Assembly: GCA_039028615.1 (NCBI GenBank)
Contig: JBCCHT010000004.1
Location: 224,001-288,000 of the forward strand
Source of the DNA: Myxococcota bacterium
GTDB taxonomy: Bacteria; Myxococcota_A; Polyangia; Nannocystales; Nannocystaceae
Length of the DNA: 64,000 nucleotides
Reading direction: 5' to 3'
Shown here: piece after piece, positions 59,244 through 64,000 of the stretch
How the letters are laid out: each line of letters begins with the position of its first letter
Position numbering within the stretch: the first letter of the stretch is position 1
Notes under the pieces: generated by a model
Told to the model about the DNA's origin: nothing
Databases searched by the model: none
The model's input: the letters and a program-made list of their open reading frames with translations, nothing else
Program-made: the position numbers and the translations under genes

Positions 59244-59581
59244 GGGCCTTCCTTGATGTAAGCCGCGCCGAGAGTTCCAACTGTTACTCGCATCGGCTCG
59301 GCGCCGCTGGTGGGAATTTTCCGATACGAAGAGCAACACCATCATTGTGACAGGCGAGCCCGCCAAAGTGCCAACGGAAGTTACGGTACGAAGGGGTACT
59401 CCCCCGTCGGTAGGAAGCCAGTTTCGTGGGCCAGGACCGCTGTTAGGTGGCCCAATTCTCCTCAATTCGGGCTCGTGTACGACATCCCACGACCTGAACA
59501 CGCGCCGAGGGCGGGATTCGCTCACCGCACGCAAGATCGGCACCCCGAGGGGTCGATCGACCGGGGCTCAATACGCCAGTG

Positions 59582-60172
59582 CTACAGCACGCGTCGCTCG
59601 ACCAATGCGCGCCGCAATGCGCTGGCATCGGTGAACACGACCGCGTCCATGCCTTCGTCGCGCGCCGCCTCGCAATTGTCTTCGCGATCGTCGACGAATA
59701 GGCACGCGGAGGTCGGCACGCCGAGCTCGGCGGCCACGTGCTGGTAGATCTTCGGGTCGGGCTTGCGCATGCCGACCAGGCACGACACGAAGCTCCAGCG
59801 CAGGTAACGAGACAGCTCGAGCCGCTCTTCGATGAGCTGATACCAGCTCGGGTAATTCGACAGCGCGTGCATGGGCACGCCGTGCGAATAAAGCTCGTGC
59901 AGCAACGACTCGATGCCGGGCAAGAGCCGGTACGACTGGCTCATCTTGCGCTTGAGGCCGACCCCGTCGACGGCTCGACCATCGGCGAAGTAGCGGCTCA
60001 GCATCGTGCGCTCGTCGATGGTGCCGAGCTCGAACTCCACCCAGGTCGACGGGTGCTTGGCCTCGAGCAGCTCGGGCAAGCTCATCCCGAAGAACTCGGG
60101 GATCTCGACGTAGAAGGGGTCGTACGTCAGCGTGCCCAATACGTCGAGCAACAGGACCCGGGGCACCTTCAC
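59582..60172 (-). CDS. HAD family phosphatase
   Basis: LLDVLGTL, LSN, RKPDPKIY, FVDDREDN. Confidence 0.9.
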   Translation of the reverse strand: MKVPRVLLLDVLGTLTYDPFYVEIPEFFGMSLPELLEAKHPSTWVEFELGTIDERTMLSRYFADGRAVDGVGLKRKMSQSYRLLPGIESLLHELYSHGVPMHALSNYPSWYQLIEERLELSRYLRWSFVSCLVGMRKPDPKIYQHVAAELGVPTSACLFVDDREDNCEAARDEGMDAVVFTDASALRRALVERRVL

Positions 60173-60266
60173 CCTCGAACGATAGCAGCCAGCGACCGCG
60201 GTGTCGCGATCGCGGGTGGGGTGCGCGGACCTGCCCCACCCCACGCGCGGCCCCGCGCCGCCTCGA

Positions 60267-61412
60267 CTACAGCAGCTGCGCCTCGGCGTCCTTCGGATCG
60301 CACTCGAGCAAGTCGATGGCGGTCAGCTCCGTGGAGGGCTTCTCGTTTTCGTAGACGAGCAAGCCGAGCGCGTCGTAGTGCGGCCGCACCCGGTCGGAGA
60401 GCAGGTGAATCTTCTTCAGATTGGGGATCAGGCGTCGGAACAGGGTATTCCGAAAACGGCCCATGAAGTGGGAGTTCAGCACCGTTTCGTTCCATTGCCG
60501 CCGCGACATGCTGTGCGCGTAGTACTCGTCGTAGAACTCGTGGGCCAAGAAGCGATTTCGAAGCAGGACTGAAATCTCGTAGGCCCAGTCCTCGCGATCG
60601 CGTCGTTCGCTCTCGGGCAACGCCTCATAGTAGTCGCGCAGCGCCACCACCCCGAAGGTCACGTGCCGCGCCTCGTCGGTGATGACGTACTTGAGCAGCT
60701 CGCGGAGCAGGGGCTCCTTGGTCGACTGGCGCATCGTGCCGAAGGCCCCGAGCGCGAGCCCCTCGATCATGATCTGCATGCCCAGGAACTTGAGGTCCCA
60801 GCGGCCATCGGTCATCAGCGCATCGATGATCGTGTACAGGTTGTCGTTGATCTCGTAGACGCGCCCGAGCTTCTCCTCGAGGTAGCGGTGGAAGACCTCG
60901 ACGTGGCGGCCCTCGTCCACGACCTGCGTGGAGCCGTAGAGCTTGCCGTCCATCCAGTGCACCGCCTCGGTGACCTGGCACGCGGCGAACAGAGCCCCCT
61001 GCTCCCCGTGCAGGAACTGCGACAGGAGCCAGGCGGTGAGCGCCGCCCGCTGCTCCTGCTGCCGCCGCTTGGGCAAGGTGCGATAGGCCCGGACGTCGAT
61101 GAGCGGCAGGGTGTGGTCGGGCATGAGATCGAACTCCTCGTTGTGAGGGTCGACCGTCGTGGACCAGTCGAGGGTGGTGTCGGCGTCCCACTGCGAGCGC
61201 TTGGCCGCGGAGTAGAGCTTCTGCAGCTGGGGCCGGGTGCGCTCGTAGTTCCAGTCGAAGTGAGCCTCGTGGGTCGCCCGCATCTGGGCGGTGTCGCCCT
61301 GCTTGCCCCGCTTGAGCAGCAGCCCGCGCACGGCCGGGCCGGCGAGATCGAGAAAGACCCGGGGGTTGCGACTGCGACCCATGGGGCCGAACACGGAGTT
61401 CTGGGCGTTCAT
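60267..61412 (-). CDS. ferritin-like diiron protein (AurF-like superfamily)
   Basis: HGEQGAL, DEGRH, IEGLALGAF, DEARH; overlaps the TetR stop. Confidence 0.85.
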   Translation of the reverse strand: MNAQNSVFGPMGRSRNPRVFLDLAGPAVRGLLLKRGKQGDTAQMRATHEAHFDWNYERTRPQLQKLYSAAKRSQWDADTTLDWSTTVDPHNEEFDLMPDHTLPLIDVRAYRTLPKRRQQEQRAALTAWLLSQFLHGEQGALFAACQVTEAVHWMDGKLYGSTQVVDEGRHVEVFHRYLEEKLGRVYEINDNLYTIIDALMTDGRWDLKFLGMQIMIEGLALGAFGTMRQSTKEPLLRELLKYVITDEARHVTFGVVALRDYYEALPESERRDREDWAYEISVLLRNRFLAHEFYDEYYAHSMSRRQWNETVLNSHFMGRFRNTLFRRLIPNLKKIHLLSDRVRPHYDALGLLVYENEKPSTELTAIDLLECDPKDAEAQLL

Positions 61413-62038
61413 GACGGGCTCCTGACGGTGGACGTTGAGCAAGGGGGAGGATCGCGAAGCAACAAGCGACGCGCGAGGTCTCGGCTGTGGTCGACGGCGC
61501 CCCACAGGGGTTCGCGCAACGAGCCCGCCGCGGCCCGCAGCAGGGCTCCCGAGCCCACCTGCATCACCGCGGCGCGCACGGGGAGATCGGGCGGCACCTG
61601 GCCGTCGCCGTGGACCTCGATGAAGCGCTCGACGGTGTCGAGCAGGCGCGCGAGCTGACGCAGCAGAATGGGTCGACCGGGGCCGTTTTCGTCGAGCAGC
61701 TCGCGCAGCACGATGCGGGCGAGCTGGGGCTCGGCGTCGAGGAACTCGACGTAGCGAGCGACCGTGCGATCGATGCGCTGCACGAAGTCACCGTCGGCGC
61801 CCATCGTCTCGGTCAGGGCGACGCTCAGGCGTTCGAAGCAGCGCTCGACCGTGCGCTCGTACAGCGCCTCCTTGCTGCCGAAGTGATAGAGCAGCGAGGG
61901 GCGACGAATGCCGGCCCGGTTGGCGATGTCGGCGAGCTTGGCCGCCCCGTAGCCCACGGTGGCGAACGCCAGCTCGGCAGCCACCAGGACCCGCTCGGGG
62001 GTCGCGATGGGGTTAGCGCTCGCAGGAGGGCGGCCCAT
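61409..62038 (-). CDS. TetR/AcrR family regulator
   Basis: MGRP...FATVGY...IANRAGIRRPSLLYHFGSKEALY. Confidence 0.93.
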   Translation of the reverse strand: MGRPPASANPIATPERVLVAAELAFATVGYGAAKLADIANRAGIRRPSLLYHFGSKEALYERTVERCFERLSVALTETMGADGDFVQRIDRTVARYVEFLDAEPQLARIVLRELLDENGPGRPILLRQLARLLDTVERFIEVHGDGQVPPDLPVRAAVMQVGSGALLRAAAGSLREPLWGAVDHSRDLARRLLLRDPPPCSTSTVRSPS

Positions 62039-62054
62039 GATGAATTACAGACTT

Positions 62055-62102
62055 ATCGACTCACGAGTAGATTGCAAGGATTTTATCGACTCGTGAGTCG
62101 AT
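62055..62102. promoter_or_regulatory. twin 18-bp palindromic operators
   Basis: ATCGACTC-AC-GAGTAGAT (62055-72) and ATCGACTC-GT-GAGTCGAT (62085-102), 30 bp apart. Confidence 0.8.
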
Positions 62103-62134
62103 TACTGTCGGAACCGTGTCATGGTGAGCAGAAC

Positions 62135-62572
62135 GTGCGTCGCTGGATTCGCAAGCTGATGGCGCTCAACGGCAGCCCGCGGGGAATCGCGGGCGGCTTT
62201 GCGTTGGGCCTATCGCTGTCGCTGGTGCCGATCCCGGTGGCGGGCATGCTGGTCTCGCTCGCCCTCGCCCCCCGCCTGCGCTGCAACCTGCCCGCGACCT
62301 ACCTCGGCACGGCGGTGGTCAACCCGATCACCGGTCCTTTCATCTACTTCAGCAAGCTGTGGCTCGGCCTCGCCCTGCTCGGCCGCGAGCTGCCCACGTG
62401 GAGCCTCATGCGGAGCCTCGACGCCGCGGGCTGGTGGCAGGTGCTCACCGACGCGCTGCTGCCCTTCGGGCTCGGGGCGCTCGTGGTCGCGTCGGTGTCC
62501 TTCGCCCTGAGCTTCCCGTTGCTGTCGTGGCTCGTCCGGCGTTGGCAGGCCCGAGCATCCGCGGCGGACTGA
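62135..62572 (+). CDS. DUF2062 family membrane protein
   Basis: SPRGIAGGFALG...P...NLPA...NPIT. Start trimmed to GTG 62135. Confidence 0.85.
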   Translation: MRRWIRKLMALNGSPRGIAGGFALGLSLSLVPIPVAGMLVSLALAPRLRCNLPATYLGTAVVNPITGPFIYFSKLWLGLALLGRELPTWSLMRSLDAAGWWQVLTDALLPFGLGALVVASVSFALSFPLLSWLVRRWQARASAAD

Positions 62573-62586
62573 AGTGCGAGCACGAA

Positions 62587-62621
62587 GAAGGCGCGACCCC
62601 CATGCGGGATGTCGCGCCTTC
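62587..62621. terminator. hairpin terminator between convergent genes
   Basis: GAAGGCGCGAC...GTCGCGCCTTC 11-bp stem. Confidence 0.7.
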
Positions 62622-62657
62622 GAGGCCCCGATGATTCAGGGCCGGGGTCGTCGCTGG

Positions 62658-64000
62658 TTACCAGCGGCGACGCATGGCACCGAGGCCCATGAGGCCGAGC
62701 AGCATCAGCGCCGGAGCGGCGGGGGTGCTGTCGCCCGTGGTGCAGGCGCAGCCGCCAGTGTCGTCGCCGTCGTCGCCCGCGGGGGTGGTGTCGCCGCCCT
62801 CGCTCGCGTCGGTGGCACCCTCGGAGAGCACGCCGCCGCCTTCGCCGGCCGTCTCGTCGCCGCCCTCGCCCGCGGTCTCGTCACCCGCGGTCTCGTCACC
62901 GCCACCGCTGCCCTCGATGGTGACGTTGATGCTCACCATCTCGGACACGTTGCCGTGGTAGTCCGAGGCCTCGAGGGTGATGGCGTAGGCGCCCGCGGGC
63001 AGACCACCGAGGGTCACGATCCAGTCGCTCTCGGTCGCCTTGAGGGGCGCGGCGTCTTCCCAGTTCACGTTGCAGACGTCGTTGGTGCACTGCGAGATGG
63101 TCCCGTCGGGGAACATGTCGCTGACGATGGCGTCGGACTGGATGATCCAGCGCAGGCCCACGACGGGGTCGGAGTCGGCCACGTCGACGTCGAGCACCAG
63201 GTCGTCGCCCTCCATGAGGATCGCGCCGTCCTCGGGGACGATGTTGGTCAGCTCGGGGGGATCGGTGTCCTCGACCACGTCGCCGTAGAACTCGACCATG
63301 TCGAGGTGGCTGTTCTGGCCGGGGTCACCGTTGGTGCCGTCGGGGCACTCGACGTGGTCGACGCTGGTGCACTCGAGCGGGAGCTCGATCTGCATGTCGC
63401 GGTCGTTGAAGCCGAACTGGTTGAGGCGGTCCGAGCACGAGTCCTGGAAGCCCATGGGCAGGGTCGTGTAGTCGGGCGGGTAGTTCATCCAGTCCTCGGG
63501 GTTGTCGATACCCTCGAGGCCGGAGTTCCGACCGAACGCGTACAGGGCCGCGTGAAGAACGTCGGGGTCGGTGCAGTTGTCGGTCGAGCCGGAGGTCGAC
63601 ACGATGTCGTTGCGACCACGCGCGGCGCAGTTGATGCCACCGAAGGCGCAGGTGAAGCTGCGGATGCCCGCCGACTTGGGGTCGAGGGGCTCGTCACCCG
63701 GGAGCAGCATCGTGTACGAGATGTACTCGGGGGGACGGGTGTTGGTGACGTGGACGTCGTACGCGGCCAGGGCATCGGCCATCCCCGTGGTGAGGTCGGC
63801 AGCGCCAGCGAAGGGAGGCTCTTCGACCTCCATCGAGGCACCACCACAACCGGTGGCCGAGTTCACGCCGCTGCCACACGGGGCCACGCCGGTCGGACGC
63901 AGGGTCACGGGATCGGTGGGGATGTAGAGGACGCCGGGCTCAGCCGAAGCCGTCGAGGGGGCAAGGACGGCCGCGAGGGCACAGGTGGTCAAGAAAATCC
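62658..64000 (-). CDS. MYXO-CTERM surface protein with metzincin-like and Ig-like regions (start beyond right edge)
   Basis: C-terminus GGCACTTGDSTPAAPALMLLGLMGLGAMRRRW; Ig-like DTDPP...YAITLEASDYHGN; GDETA linker repeats. Confidence 0.85.
   Translation of the reverse strand, partial: IFLTTCALAAVLAPSTASAEPGVLYIPTDPVTLRPTGVAPCGSGVNSATGCGGASMEVEEPPFAGAADLTTGMADALAAYDVHVTNTRPPEYISYTMLLPGDEPLDPKSAGIRSFTCAFGGINCAARGRNDIVSTSGSTDNCTDPDVLHAALYAFGRNSGLEGIDNPEDWMNYPPDYTTLPMGFQDSCSDRLNQFGFNDRDMQIELPLECTSVDHVECPDGTNGDPGQNSHLDMVEFYGDVVEDTDPPELTNIVPEDGAILMEGDDLVLDVDVADSDPVVGLRWIIQSDAIVSDMFPDGTISQCTNDVCNVNWEDAAPLKATESDWIVTLGGLPAGAYAITLEASDYHGNVSEMVSINVTIEGSGGGDETAGDETAGEGGDETAGEGGGVLSEGATDASEGGDTTPAGDDGDDTGGCACTTGDSTPAAPALMLLGLMGLGAMRRRW

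Noticed and set aside
59355..59375. Possible sigma54 promoter (minus-strand TTGGCAC) upstream of the HPF gene
   Set aside because: The GC is not at the required GG-N10-GC spacing and there is no TTGC -12 element.

Overview
GC-rich bacterial chromosome segment, most likely a myxobacterium of the Nannocystaceae type (MYXO-CTERM sorting signal, many Cys-rich and FG-GAP lipoproteins). It holds about 58 protein genes. Housekeeping genes include topA, mutY, murC, ftsQ, ftsA, ftsZ, aroE, aroC, proB, proA, xseA, a pssA-like gene and acyP, mixed with accessory genes. I saw no rRNA, tRNA, CRISPR array or transposase. Best candidates for something new: (1) a chromatin-like set of genes: a 69-aa histone-fold protein with a Lys-rich N-terminal tail between ftsQ and ftsZ, with its own sigma70-like promoter preceded by a 10-bp-phased 24-bp palindrome; a protein with a 28-Glu tract, ten KKKAAS-type repeats and a winged helix; and a TopA with an N-terminal H1-like Lys-rich arm; (2) an unannotated 36-aa ORF (signal peptide plus CICPLCC) ahead of an ECF sigma and Cys-rich anti-sigma pair; (3) a cytochrome c fused to an outer-membrane barrel, coupled to a lipoprotein with non-canonical heme motifs; (4) two tandem paralogues of a large protein family I cannot name. 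All family assignments come from motif recognition by eye and from memory; no searches were run.
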